This document shows, piece after piece, positions 36,456 to 46,220 of a stretch of 51,337 nt of DNA. Source of the DNA: Bacteroidales bacterium (GTDB lineage Bacteria > Bacteroidota > Bacteroidia > Bacteroidales > UBA6680); NCBI GenBank assembly GCA_016926405.1, contig JAFGOQ010000062.1:1-51337 (forward strand), written 5' to 3'. Under the pieces are notes generated by a model. It saw only the letters and a program-made list of their open reading frames with translations. It was not told the DNA's origin and ran no database searches. The position numbers and the translations under genes are program-made. Every line of letters starts with the position of its first letter. Within the stretch, counting starts at the first letter, position 1.

Positions 36456-38480
36456 ATGATTGAGGAATTTATAGATAAGTTTAAATCCGAAGCGCTTGAG
36501 TATGTTTCTGTATTAGAAGCTAATATGTTGCAATTAGAGCAAGATCCTAATGATGCAGTTCTTGTTGAAGAGATTTTTAGAGTAATGCACAATCTCAAAG
36601 GTAATAGCTCAATGTTTGGTTTTTTTAATATCGATAATATTGCACATTCACTTGAGAGTCTTTTCGATAAAGTTAGAAATGGTAAAATAACTATTGATTC
36701 ATATTTTGTTACGTCAATATTGGAAATAGGAGATTTCCTGAGGGTTCTTATTAATAGTAACGACGAAATTTCTCAGGAGAGTAAGCTTACAAAAAATAGG
36801 TTTATCTCTAAGATAGAAGAGATAATGTCTTCTGAAAATCATGATAATATTTCTGTAGATTCAAAGATGTTGTCAGAAATAGATAAGCAAAATTCATTGT
36901 ATTATATTTTTGTTGATTTCAAGAGCTTAATTCTTAGAGACGGGATTAATCCAATGTCTTTTATCGATGATGTTTGTTGTTTTGGGAATTCATGGGTTCA
37001 TCCTGTTACCCAAAGATTTCCTTCATTAATTGAGTTAAATACTAAATTAAATAATCAGTCTTGGGAAATTATTTTATTCACAAATAGGAGAAAGAGTGAA
37101 ATAGCCAATGTTTTTTTATCAATTGAAGACATGGTTAATGTTGAGATTATAAAAATCTCAGATGTTGATTTATTAAATGATAAGTCGATTTTGAATAAAT
37201 TAAATAACGAATGTAATGTTTCTTATAAGTTGGGTATATCGAAAATTTGCGATTTGCTTTCTTTAGAAGTGCCTTATGTTAATAAACGTGCAACTAATGA
37301 AATAGTTGATAGTCAGATAAATTCAATAAGAGTGGCTTCTTCAAAACTTGATGAGCTGATAAATATTGTTAGCGAGCAGGTTATTGTACAAGAACGTTTA
37401 AAAATGTTATCAAAGAATATACTTGATGATGAGTTGTCTAGAATAACTGATGGTATTGATAAGTTGACTAATAAATTAAGAAATGTTGCATTCGCTTTAA
37501 TATTAATTCCCATTAAAAGTCTGTTCCCAAGATACCAGCGTATGATTAGGGACGTAGCAAAAGAATTAGGTAAAGATATTGTTTTTGATATTAGCGATAA
37601 TAACACCGAACTTGATAAATATGTAGTAGAATGTTTATCTGACCCACTAATGCACTTAATTAGAAATTCGTTAGATCATGCCATAGAAAAAGCCTCAGAG
37701 CGTCTGTTAAAAAACAAGTCTGAGAAGGGTAAAATAACTATAAAATCGTATTATTCAGGTGCGCATGTTATTATAGAGGTGTCAGATGATGGAAGGGGTA
37801 TTGATGTAAACATGGTTAAAGAGAAGGCTATTAGAGAGGGTTTACTAAACAAAGACGATAATATTCCAGATAATCAGGTAATTAATTTTATTTTCAGTCC
37901 AGGTTTTTCTACTGCCACTAATGTAAGTGATATCTCTGGAAGAGGAGTAGGGCTAGATGTTGTTTTTAAAAACATCTTAAACTTACGAGGTACAATATCT
38001 GTGGATACTTGTCAAGATAAAGGAACAACTTTTACGATTAAATTGCCTATTACTCTTTCAATATTTGACGGATTGATAATTAAGGCAAATGGGAATAAGT
38101 ATATAGTCCCATTGTTTTCTGTACAGAAAATATTACCAATAGAATACATCGATATCATTAATAATACAACCAAGTTTGTTGTAATTAATAAAAAGCGAAT
38201 CCCCTTTGTTAATCTAATTGAAGTTTTTGAAGGGGAAAGAAATGATGATATAAATATGGCAAACATGCTTATTGTAGAAATAGATGGAAGGGAGTTTGGT
38301 ATTATTATAGATGAGGTTCTAGGAGAGTACCAAACTGTTTTAAAGTCTATTAATAGTTTTGTAAATGTTCAAGATATTTTTTTAGGAGCCTCTATTTTAG
38401 GTGATGGAAAAACTGTTTTAGTATTAGATATTAATAGTCTTGTAAAAGCTCGATTAGGTTTAGAAATGTTTATTAATTAA
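36456..38480 (+). CDS. cheA: chemotaxis-type histidine kinase CheA (no C-terminal receiver)
   Basis: 674 aa. Hpt site FRVMHNLKGNSSMFGF; dimerisation helix IRVASSKLDELINIV; HATPase blocks LMHLIRNSLDHA, DDGRGID, GRGVGLDVV; C-terminal CheW-like domain. Confidence 0.9.
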   Translation: MIEEFIDKFKSEALEYVSVLEANMLQLEQDPNDAVLVEEIFRVMHNLKGNSSMFGFFNIDNIAHSLESLFDKVRNGKITIDSYFVTSILEIGDFLRVLINSNDEISQESKLTKNRFISKIEEIMSSENHDNISVDSKMLSEIDKQNSLYYIFVDFKSLILRDGINPMSFIDDVCCFGNSWVHPVTQRFPSLIELNTKLNNQSWEIILFTNRRKSEIANVFLSIEDMVNVEIIKISDVDLLNDKSILNKLNNECNVSYKLGISKICDLLSLEVPYVNKRATNEIVDSQINSIRVASSKLDELINIVSEQVIVQERLKMLSKNILDDELSRITDGIDKLTNKLRNVAFALILIPIKSLFPRYQRMIRDVAKELGKDIVFDISDNNTELDKYVVECLSDPLMHLIRNSLDHAIEKASERLLKNKSEKGKITIKSYYSGAHVIIEVSDDGRGIDVNMVKEKAIREGLLNKDDNIPDNQVINFIFSPGFSTATNVSDISGRGVGLDVVFKNILNLRGTISVDTCQDKGTTFTIKLPITLSIFDGLIIKANGNKYIVPLFSVQKILPIEYIDIINNTTKFVVINKKRIPFVNLIEVFEGERNDDINMANMLIVEIDGREFGIIIDEVLGEYQTVLKSINSFVNVQDIFLGASILGDGKTVLVLDINSLVKARLGLEMFIN

Positions 38481-38494
38481 AGATATTATATGAT

Positions 38495-38956
38495 ATGGAA
38501 AGTGTATTGAATTCATTTCTAATTATTTCTTTGGGGAAAGATATTTTTGCTGTTAACATTAGTAACATTCTTTGTATAGTAGAGCCTTCTGAAATAACAG
38601 AAATACCAGATTCTCCAAATTTCATTAGAGGTATTACAAATTTTAGTGGAGTGATTTTACCTGTTTTAGATCTAAAAACAAAGATGAATTTGGGATCAAC
38701 CGAAATAGTGAAGAATGTTTGCATTGTGGTTTTTGAAAAAATTGGGGATAATAAGGAAGTTAAAGTTGGAGTTCTTGTTGATAGTGTCATTTCTGTTATA
38801 GAAATTAAGGAGGATGAAATAGATAGAACTCCTATTAATGGCATTTATTCCCAATATATTAATGGTACAACTTTTTTTGATAATCAGATAATTATGATTG
38901 TTGATATTAATGCTGTTTTTAGCAAAAGTGAATTATCAGTAGATCAGCTTGTTTAA
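38495..38956 (+). CDS. cheW: chemotaxis coupling protein CheW
   Basis: 153 aa. FLIISLGKDIFAVNISNILCIVEPSEITEIPDSPNFIRGITNFSGVILPVLDLK. Confidence 0.85.
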   Translation: MESVLNSFLIISLGKDIFAVNISNILCIVEPSEITEIPDSPNFIRGITNFSGVILPVLDLKTKMNLGSTEIVKNVCIVVFEKIGDNKEVKVGVLVDSVISVIEIKEDEIDRTPINGIYSQYINGTTFFDNQIIMIVDINAVFSKSELSVDQLV

Positions 38957-39032
38957 ATAAGATATTTGCGTTATGAAGCTTAATTAATTCTTAATATCAT
39001 TAAAATAATACAGAAATAAAACCAGTGGACTT

Positions 39033-41054
39033 ATGAAACTAGTAGATATAAAACTTAGAAGTAGAGTAATGTTAGGTTTTGGACTAATTATTCTTATAAT
39101 AATTGCAGCTGAAGGATTTATTTTTTTTAATATGATAAATATTAAAAAAGCTTCAAATGAATTTATTAATAAAGATTCAAATCAGATTGTTTTCGCAAAT
39201 ATAATTGAGGATAATTTTCGGTTGTCCATTCTTTCATTTAATAAATATGTAATCTCTTATGACAAAAAAGATTTAGAAGAATGTTATTATTACCATAATA
39301 AGGTCAAAGAAATTATACAGAGAGGTGAGCAAATCATAGCTCGTTTTGGTATAAACGAAGATCTAAATAAAGATTATCAAAAAACTGTTGGTTTTCATAA
39401 AGAATATGAAAAGGCCATTAATTCTACCTCATTGTTACTCAATCAAATCAACGATTCAAGAAATATATATCTTAATAGAATCGATAAATTAAAAGCAAAT
39501 TTTAATAATGAATTAAAAAATAGACTAAACAATAAAAGGGTAAATAATGAAAAAATATATCAGCTTTTTGCGGAGTCTATTAATAGCATTGATAATGTAT
39601 TATTGTTAACATATAAATCTCGAGTAAATGATTCTGTTATTGAATTCGATGAAATATTCAGCTTACTGAATAAGATAAAGGTTAATGTAGAAGCCATCGA
39701 TAATAATTCAAATAGCTTGTTTAAGCTAGAATCATTTGAAAATATAAAGGTTATTGAAGATGAAATATCTGAACTTAAATTAGATTTTGTTTTATTAAAA
39801 GAAAATAATATAAATAGATCAGAGTTATTTGATAATGTTATAGCTGTAAATTCAGGAGTGTATCAACGTGGAATTGAATCAACCATAAATAGAGCTACTC
39901 TTATAAATGACCTCTCAAATAAGTCGTATAAGACTATGATTCTTTTCGACATAATTGTTGTTGTTGCGATGTTAATAATTACTTATTTTTTTACATCCTC
40001 AATTTCTAAAGGTTTTGCTAATAGTGTATCAATTGCAGAACAAATTTCAAAGGGTGATTTAACGTGTAGTATTGATCAAGAGTATTTACAAAGAAAAGAT
40101 GAGGTAGGTAATTTATCTAGAGCCATGTATAAAATGCTTATAAATATGAAGCAAATGGTAGCTAGTATTACCGAAACAGCTAATCATATATCAGATGCAA
40201 GTATTGATTTTACAACTGCATCACATAGGCTCTCATCAGGAGCAAATGACCAAGCTTCTTCTACTGAAGAGATATCTTCATCTATGGAACAAATGGCAAG
40301 TAATATATTACAGAATACTGAAAATTCTCAACTAACAGAGAGTATAGCTATTGCAGCATCAGAGCAGATAAGGATTAGTAATAAAGGTGCTAATTTAGCT
40401 ACAAAATCTATGGAGGAGATAACCGAAAAAGTTGCAGTAATAGGTGATATTGCTTTTCAGACAAATATTTTGGCTTTAAATGCTGCTGTGGAAGCAGCTA
40501 GGGCTGGAGAACAAGGAAAAGGTTTTGCTGTAGTTGCTGCCGAAGTACGAAATCTTGCCGAGAGATGTAAAATGGCAGCTAACGAAATAAATGCAGTTTC
40601 TTTATCGGGAGCTAGTATAGTTAGTGAATCGGTAAATAAAATTGCATTGGTTGTTCCTGATATAGAAAAAACAGCTAAGCTGATACAGGAAATTACGGCA
40701 GCCTCTATTGAACAAAATTCAGGTGCAAACCAAATTAATATTGCTCTTCATCAACTTAATAAAGTAACTCAGCAAAACGCTGCTACATCTGAAGAATTAG
40801 CTGTTTCTGCCGAAGAATTATCTCGTCAGGCAGATCAATTAAAACATTTTGTGTCGTTTTTCAAGACAGATAAAAATTGGAGTGCTATACCTGAAAACAA
40901 AACTAGTGATGTGCTTAATAAAAATATTACGAATGAGAGAATAGGATCTTTTGAAGATGTAAACTTTGAAAACGATATTTTTAATTCTAAGTATAAAAGT
41001 GGAGTTGAGTATAATTTATACGAAAGGAATGATGACAAATTTGAAAATTACTAA
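39033..41054 (+). CDS. methyl-accepting chemotaxis protein (2 TM, helical periplasmic sensor, HAMP, MA domain)
   Basis: 673 aa. TM1 at aa ~12-32, a ~270-aa periplasmic region, TM2, then HAMP ([15 protein letters not shown]...[13 protein letters not shown]). Signalling hairpin tip [36 protein letters not shown]. Confidence 0.9.
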   Translation: MKLVDIKLRSRVMLGFGLIILIIIAAEGFIFFNMINIKKASNEFINKDSNQIVFANIIEDNFRLSILSFNKYVISYDKKDLEECYYYHNKVKEIIQRGEQIIARFGINEDLNKDYQKTVGFHKEYEKAINSTSLLLNQINDSRNIYLNRIDKLKANFNNELKNRLNNKRVNNEKIYQLFAESINSIDNVLLLTYKSRVNDSVIEFDEIFSLLNKIKVNVEAIDNNSNSLFKLESFENIKVIEDEISELKLDFVLLKENNINRSELFDNVIAVNSGVYQRGIESTINRATLINDLSNKSYKTMILFDIIVVVAMLIITYFFTSSISKGFANSVSIAEQISKGDLTCSIDQEYLQRKDEVGNLSRAMYKMLINMKQMVASITETANHISDASIDFTTASHRLSSGANDQASSTEEISSSMEQMASNILQNTENSQLTESIAIAASEQIRISNKGANLATKSMEEITEKVAVIGDIAFQTNILALNAAVEAARAGEQGKGFAVVAAEVRNLAERCKMAANEINAVSLSGASIVSESVNKIALVVPDIEKTAKLIQEITAASIEQNSGANQINIALHQLNKVTQQNAATSEELAVSAEELSRQADQLKHFVSFFKTDKNWSAIPENKTSDVLNKNITNERIGSFEDVNFENDIFNSKYKSGVEYNLYERNDDKFENY

Positions 41055-41181
41055 TGCAATTTTATTTTTAATAGAAGTTTAAATATTGAATTTTTTATTA
41101 GTTGAATAATTGTAAAATATTTTTTTTAAGTGACTCTATAAGAGTAGATTTTTTCAGTAAAGAGATATAAAAGAAGATTAA

Positions 41182-42000
41182 ATGACTGTATTAAAATCAA
41201 TTTTTAATGATAAATTAACAAAGTCTGATTATAATTTTCTCAGAGAGATTATATACAATCATTCTGGAATTTTTTTAGCAGATAATAAATACGTTATGGT
41301 GTCGGCAAGGTTGGTAAAACGTTTGAAAAATCTGCAGATTGATACTTTTAAAAAGTATGTAGAATTATTTAGAACAAAAAAAGGAGCAGATCAGGAAATT
41401 CCATATTTAATAAATTTAATTACAACAAATAAGACCGATTTTTTTCGAGAGAGTACTCATATTGATTTGCTATGCAAATTTGTTAAGGAAATATATAAAT
41501 GCCAACAAATAAAAATATGGAGTGCCGCTTGTTCAACGGGTGAAGAACCATATTCTTTATCGATTTCGTTGTATGAAATTGGGGCTAACTATTCAATACT
41601 AGCTACTGATATTGATACTAATGTTTTGGAAATAGCTTCTAAAGGAATTTACGATGAGACAAAAATAAATAATTTGTCGGACGATATTAAAAAGAAATAT
41701 TTTTTAAAAAGTAAAGATTCTAGTTCTAATCTTATAAAAGTAGCTCCATTTTTAAATGATAAGGTAATATTTAAGTATCACAACCTTGTTTGTAAATTAG
41801 ATACGCAATATAAATTCGACATTATTTTTCTTCGTAATGCGTTAATTTATTTTGATCAAGAATCTCAAAATACTGTAATAAACAATGTTCTAGCAAATTT
41901 AAAAAAGGGTGGATTCATTTTTTTAGGCCATTCTGAGTCCATTGCATATAGATTTCCAAATTTACATTTTGTAGCAAACTCTGTTTATCAATATTTATAA
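41182..42000 (+). CDS. cheR: chemotaxis protein methyltransferase CheR
   Basis: 272 aa. TNKTDFFRE, IWSAACSTGEEPYSLS, FLRNALIYFD. Confidence 0.9.
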   Translation: MTVLKSIFNDKLTKSDYNFLREIIYNHSGIFLADNKYVMVSARLVKRLKNLQIDTFKKYVELFRTKKGADQEIPYLINLITTNKTDFFRESTHIDLLCKFVKEIYKCQQIKIWSAACSTGEEPYSLSISLYEIGANYSILATDIDTNVLEIASKGIYDETKINNLSDDIKKKYFLKSKDSSSNLIKVAPFLNDKVIFKYHNLVCKLDTQYKFDIIFLRNALIYFDQESQNTVINNVLANLKKGGFIFLGHSESIAYRFPNLHFVANSVYQYL

Positions 42001-42130
42001 CCCATTATTATGCAAAGAATGATTAATGAAGAACTTGTAAAACCACCAGAGCAGAGGTTTATAGAAAAAGATAAATCAATAATGTTATTAGCCTATTTTC
42101 TTATGATCTCATTTTAAAAGAACTAAAGTA

Positions 42131-42613
42131 TTGAATATGATGGGATATACTAATGATATAAAAGTTAATAAGAACATTTTTTTAATGCCCGAAAGAATCT
42201 GTATTTCAAATTCAGGAGCTGTGTTTCATACAATTTTAGGTTCGTGTGTTTCGGTATGTTTGTGGGATAAGGTTACAAGAACAGGTGGGATAAACCATTT
42301 TTTATTACCTCGTTGGGATGGAGTAGGTGTAGCGTCATCTAAGTATGGTAATATTGCTATCGACCAATTAATTAATAAAATGGAAGCAGAGGGTTGTGAA
42401 CGCGAAAATATAAAGGCTAAAATTTTTGGTGGTAGTTTTATGATGTCTACTAGCAATGATTTATTTGAAATAGGTAAGCAAAATATTGATATAGCATTAA
42501 AAATGCTGAACGAGTATAAAATAGAAGTTATAGCTAAACATGTTTTAGGTAATAGAGGAAGACGAATTATTTTCGATACCTCTAATGGTGTAGTCAGTAT
42601 GAAGTTAATTTAA
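42131..42613 (+). CDS. cheD: chemoreceptor glutamine deamidase CheD
   Basis: 160 aa from TTG 42131; ATG alternatives at 42137 and 42140. LGSCVSVCLWD...GGINHFLLP...KIFGG, typical of CheD. Confidence 0.85.
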   Translation: MNMMGYTNDIKVNKNIFLMPERICISNSGAVFHTILGSCVSVCLWDKVTRTGGINHFLLPRWDGVGVASSKYGNIAIDQLINKMEAEGCERENIKAKIFGGSFMMSTSNDLFEIGKQNIDIALKMLNEYKIEVIAKHVLGNRGRRIIFDTSNGVVSMKLI

Positions 42614-42622
42614 TATTAAATA

Positions 42623-43699
42623 ATGAATAGAAAGACCAAAATACTTATTGTAGATGATTCCAAGGTAACTAGAGAGATTCTAAGGTTTCTTATTCAGGAA
42701 GATGGTTCAATGGAGGTTATTGGTCTTGCTCAGTCGGCATTTGAGGCAGTAGATATTATGAAAACAAATGTTCCTGATGTTATGCTTTTAGATATTCAGA
42801 TGCCAATTATGGATGGATTAACTTTTTTGCAAAAAATAATGAGTCAACATCCTTTAAAGGTTTTAATTGTATCCTCTATTATAGATTCAAATAATTCAGT
42901 TGTAGCAAAAGCTCTTAAGTTGGGTGCAATTGGAGTAATACGAAAGCCGTTTATTAAAACAAAAAACGATTTGGATAAATTTGGTAATAGCATTCGTCAG
43001 AAGATTATTGAATCATTAGAAATCCAACAAAAAAATGAATCTGATAATAATTCCCAAATATCTTGTAGCTTAAGTGTTAATGATATTTACCCTTTGTATA
43101 AAAGAATAACCAACAAAAAATTACATCCAGTAATTTGTATTGGAGCCTCCACTGGGGGGATTTATTTTCTTGAATTGATTTTTGCAGTCTTAACACATAA
43201 ATCGCCTCCTGTAGTTGTAGTTCAACATATTTCATACGATTTTGTGTCATCCTTAGTTCAACGTTTAAATAATACTTATTTGGTAAATATTGTAGAAGCG
43301 TATGATGGGTGTTTGATAGAGAATGGTAATGTTTATTTTGCTAAGGGAGGCAGTCATACTATTGTTAAGCGAATTGGTGACTCATATTATTTGAAAATTC
43401 TAAATAAAGAGCCAGTAAATCGACATAAACCATCAATTGATGTGTTATTCAGATCTGCTGCTCTTGAATGTCAATCAGATTGTACTGGTATTTTGCTTAC
43501 TGGAATGGGGAGCGATGGAGCTGTTGGGTTACTCGATATATTAAATAATGGAGGACTTACAATTGCTCAAGATGAAGAAACATCTATAGTTTTCGGTATG
43601 CCAAAAAAAGCTATTGAACTTGGAGCAGCAAAAAAAGTTTATTCTATTGATACCATAGTAGATTTTATTAAGTTTATGAAGCATCCATTGTCTTTCTAA
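42623..43699 (+). CDS. cheB: chemotaxis response regulator protein-glutamate methylesterase CheB
   Basis: 358 aa. REC domain (ILIVDDS, DVMLLDIQMPIMDG). Esterase domain with GASTGG, VVQH and GMGSDGA. Confidence 0.9.
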   Translation: MNRKTKILIVDDSKVTREILRFLIQEDGSMEVIGLAQSAFEAVDIMKTNVPDVMLLDIQMPIMDGLTFLQKIMSQHPLKVLIVSSIIDSNNSVVAKALKLGAIGVIRKPFIKTKNDLDKFGNSIRQKIIESLEIQQKNESDNNSQISCSLSVNDIYPLYKRITNKKLHPVICIGASTGGIYFLELIFAVLTHKSPPVVVVQHISYDFVSSLVQRLNNTYLVNIVEAYDGCLIENGNVYFAKGGSHTIVKRIGDSYYLKILNKEPVNRHKPSIDVLFRSAALECQSDCTGILLTGMGSDGAVGLLDILNNGGLTIAQDEETSIVFGMPKKAIELGAAKKVYSIDTIVDFIKFMKHPLSF

Positions 43700-43861
43700 T
43701 TAAACTTATCTGTGTGTAAATAATATAATTTCTACTATAGATTTTTTATTGTCTATAACATTCCTTGATTAAAAAAAATAATACTATTTTAGACCATCAT
43801 TTTTGCAGGTGCTTTTTGTTACCTGTATTTTATTGTTTGTTCACTTTTTTGATATAAATAT

Positions 43862-46129
43862 ATGAGTAAGATTAAGGGTAATAATGGGCTTTTAAATAGG
43901 TTAACGTTAATGGGGTTTTGTATAGGATTTATTTTTCCTCTAATAGCCTATTTGTTTGATTTTTATTTTAAAGGAATAGATGTTTCCTTTTCTAATGTTT
44001 GGTATTTACATACTAAAAATTATTTTCTATTTGTAGTCGATTTAGTCCCAATTTTTGCTGCTCTAATAATAAGAAAGTATGGCGGAAAATATCTGTTAAT
44101 TAAGCGCGAATATTCTCAAGCAATAGAAAAAAATGATCAGAATAACGACCGTCTTAATAGATATATAGTCAATTTATCTAACGGAAACTTAAATGAAGTG
44201 GATATAGATGGTGAGGATTCTCTTTCTTCGGCACTATTAAGTTTAAAGAATAGTATACTAGATAAAGAAAAAGAAGAAAAAATTCAGAAAGAAAAGGACG
44301 ATCAGCGTAGATGGGAAGTTCAGGGGTTTGCCGACTTTTCTGAAGTAATAAGAAATAATAGTAACGATATTTCGACCCTTTTATCTACTTTAATTAGCAA
44401 TCTGGTGAAGTATGTTGACTGTAATCAGGGAGGTATTTATCTTTTAAATGATGAGGGTGATAAATACTTTGAGTTAAAAGGATCATACGCTTTCGGAAGA
44501 AATAAATTCTGTAATAAAACTACTCCTTGGGGCGAAGGTCTTATAGGTTCGTGTGCTATAGAGAAGAAAAAGATATATATTAAAAAAGTGCCCGATTCGT
44601 ATATCGAAATTACTTCTGGACTTGGACAAGCTAATCCTAAAGTTCTATTGTTAATGCCTATGATTGCCAACGATAAAGTTGTGGGTGTTATTGAAATAGC
44701 TTCGTTTAATGAAATGGCTGATTACCAAATTGAATTTGTTTCTAAAATTGCTGAAATTCTTGCTACATCAATAGCAAATGTTAAGATTAATGGAATAACA
44801 TCTACTCTTCTTGAAGAATCGAGACAGCAGCACGAAGTAATGTTGGCACAAGAGGAAGAGATGCGTCAGAACCTTGAAGAGTTACAAGCTACTCAAGAAG
44901 AAATGGCTCGTCAAAGTGAAAACTTTATTAGTTTTACTAATTCGGTAAATCATACATTGATTCGTGCCGATTTCTCAAGATCTGGGCATCTTATTTATGG
45001 TAACACAAAGTTCATAACAAAGTTAGGATACGAAGATAGTTTCGAGTTGGAAGATAAACATATATCGACCTTTTTAAATAAAAACGATAGGGAGTGGTTC
45101 GAAACTGTTTGGGATGGTCTTAGCCGAGGAGGTAAACACTTCGAAGGTTACATGAAGCTTCAGACAAAGCAGGGCGAAGATTTATGGACTATCTCAACAT
45201 ACACATGTGTTAGAAATAACGATGGTTCTATTGATAAAATTTTGTTTTTAGGAATCGATAATACCGAACAGAAAAATCAAAGTATCGATTTTGAAGGTAA
45301 AATGAAAGCTGTTTCTAAGGTTAACCTTTTGGCCGAATTTACTGCAGCAGGTGAGACAATAACTGCTAACGATAAATTTCTAACAAGCTTTAATCAAAGC
45401 AACGATTCGTTTGCCGAGTCTACCGTTTTTAAATTATTCCCAGATAATACAGGCATTAATATTGATAAAGCTTGGGACGATGTTATTAATGAAATGTCGG
45501 TTGAAGGAATGATAAATACTCACGATGCCGATAATAATGAGCATTGGATTCATGGCTTTTTTACTTATGTAAAAGATCTTAATAATACTATATCTAAAAT
45601 TGTTTTTGTTGGTATTGATGTTACAAAAGAAAAGCAGATGGAGATTGCTGCCGATGAACAAAACAAGTTGCTAGCAGTACAACAACAAAAGTTAATGAAT
45701 TCGGAAGAGGAGCTGAAAAGACGTCTGAAGATTGCTAAACAAGAAATAAAGAATCAGTATCAAGAGATGGAGGTTAAGAGTCTTAGATACATGAAGCTTA
45801 CCGAGAATACACTCGATTCAATAGTTGTTTTTAATGTCGAAAAAGGAGTTATTGAGCATTGCAATAGTAATTTCTGTAAACTATCGGGATACGAAAAAGA
45901 GGCTATTGAAGGTAAGAATGTAAGCTCGTTGTTTTTCGATACCGAAGTAGATAAAAATAACTTTTTACAAGACTTGATTGATAATAAGAAAAGAAAGACT
46001 GTTGGTAAGTATCACCAATTTGGATTGAAAAAAGTTGACGGATCGAGCTTTGAAGTAAAAGCATACGCTACCGAAATGAAAATTGCTAAAGAAATTTCGT
46101 GTACTCTTTTTATTCAGTCGGTTCAGTAA
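43862..46129 (+). CDS. membrane-anchored GAF plus multi-PAS sensor protein with no recognisable output domain
   Basis: 755 aa. Two N-terminal TM helices. GAF (GGIYLLNDEGDKYFELKGSYAFGR...GEGLIGSCAIEKKKIYIK...VVGVIEIASF). A coiled coil (EEMRQNLEELQATQEEMARQ). About three PAS-like modules, the last being LDSIVVFNVEKGVIEHCNSNFCKLSGYEKEAIEGKNVSSLF. The protein ends right after the last PAS. Confidence 0.75.
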   Translation: MSKIKGNNGLLNRLTLMGFCIGFIFPLIAYLFDFYFKGIDVSFSNVWYLHTKNYFLFVVDLVPIFAALIIRKYGGKYLLIKREYSQAIEKNDQNNDRLNRYIVNLSNGNLNEVDIDGEDSLSSALLSLKNSILDKEKEEKIQKEKDDQRRWEVQGFADFSEVIRNNSNDISTLLSTLISNLVKYVDCNQGGIYLLNDEGDKYFELKGSYAFGRNKFCNKTTPWGEGLIGSCAIEKKKIYIKKVPDSYIEITSGLGQANPKVLLLMPMIANDKVVGVIEIASFNEMADYQIEFVSKIAEILATSIANVKINGITSTLLEESRQQHEVMLAQEEEMRQNLEELQATQEEMARQSENFISFTNSVNHTLIRADFSRSGHLIYGNTKFITKLGYEDSFELEDKHISTFLNKNDREWFETVWDGLSRGGKHFEGYMKLQTKQGEDLWTISTYTCVRNNDGSIDKILFLGIDNTEQKNQSIDFEGKMKAVSKVNLLAEFTAAGETITANDKFLTSFNQSNDSFAESTVFKLFPDNTGINIDKAWDDVINEMSVEGMINTHDADNNEHWIHGFFTYVKDLNNTISKIVFVGIDVTKEKQMEIAADEQNKLLAVQQQKLMNSEEELKRRLKIAKQEIKNQYQEMEVKSLRYMKLTENTLDSIVVFNVEKGVIEHCNSNFCKLSGYEKEAIEGKNVSSLFFDTEVDKNNFLQDLIDNKKRKTVGKYHQFGLKKVDGSSFEVKAYATEMKIAKEISCTLFIQSVQ

Positions 46130-46147
46130 AAAATATGAATAACTATT

Positions 46148-46177
46148 AAAGGTTGCTTTTATTGGCAACCTTTTTTT
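46148..46177 (+). terminator. rho-independent terminator at the end of the che/GAF-PAS gene string
   Basis: AAAGGTTGC (46148-46156) / GCAACCTTT (46166-46174), with the T-run continuing to 46177. Confidence 0.75.
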
Positions 46178-46220
46178 ATTTAAACAATATTTCTTAATTA
46201 CATGTGTTTATAATGTTGTA

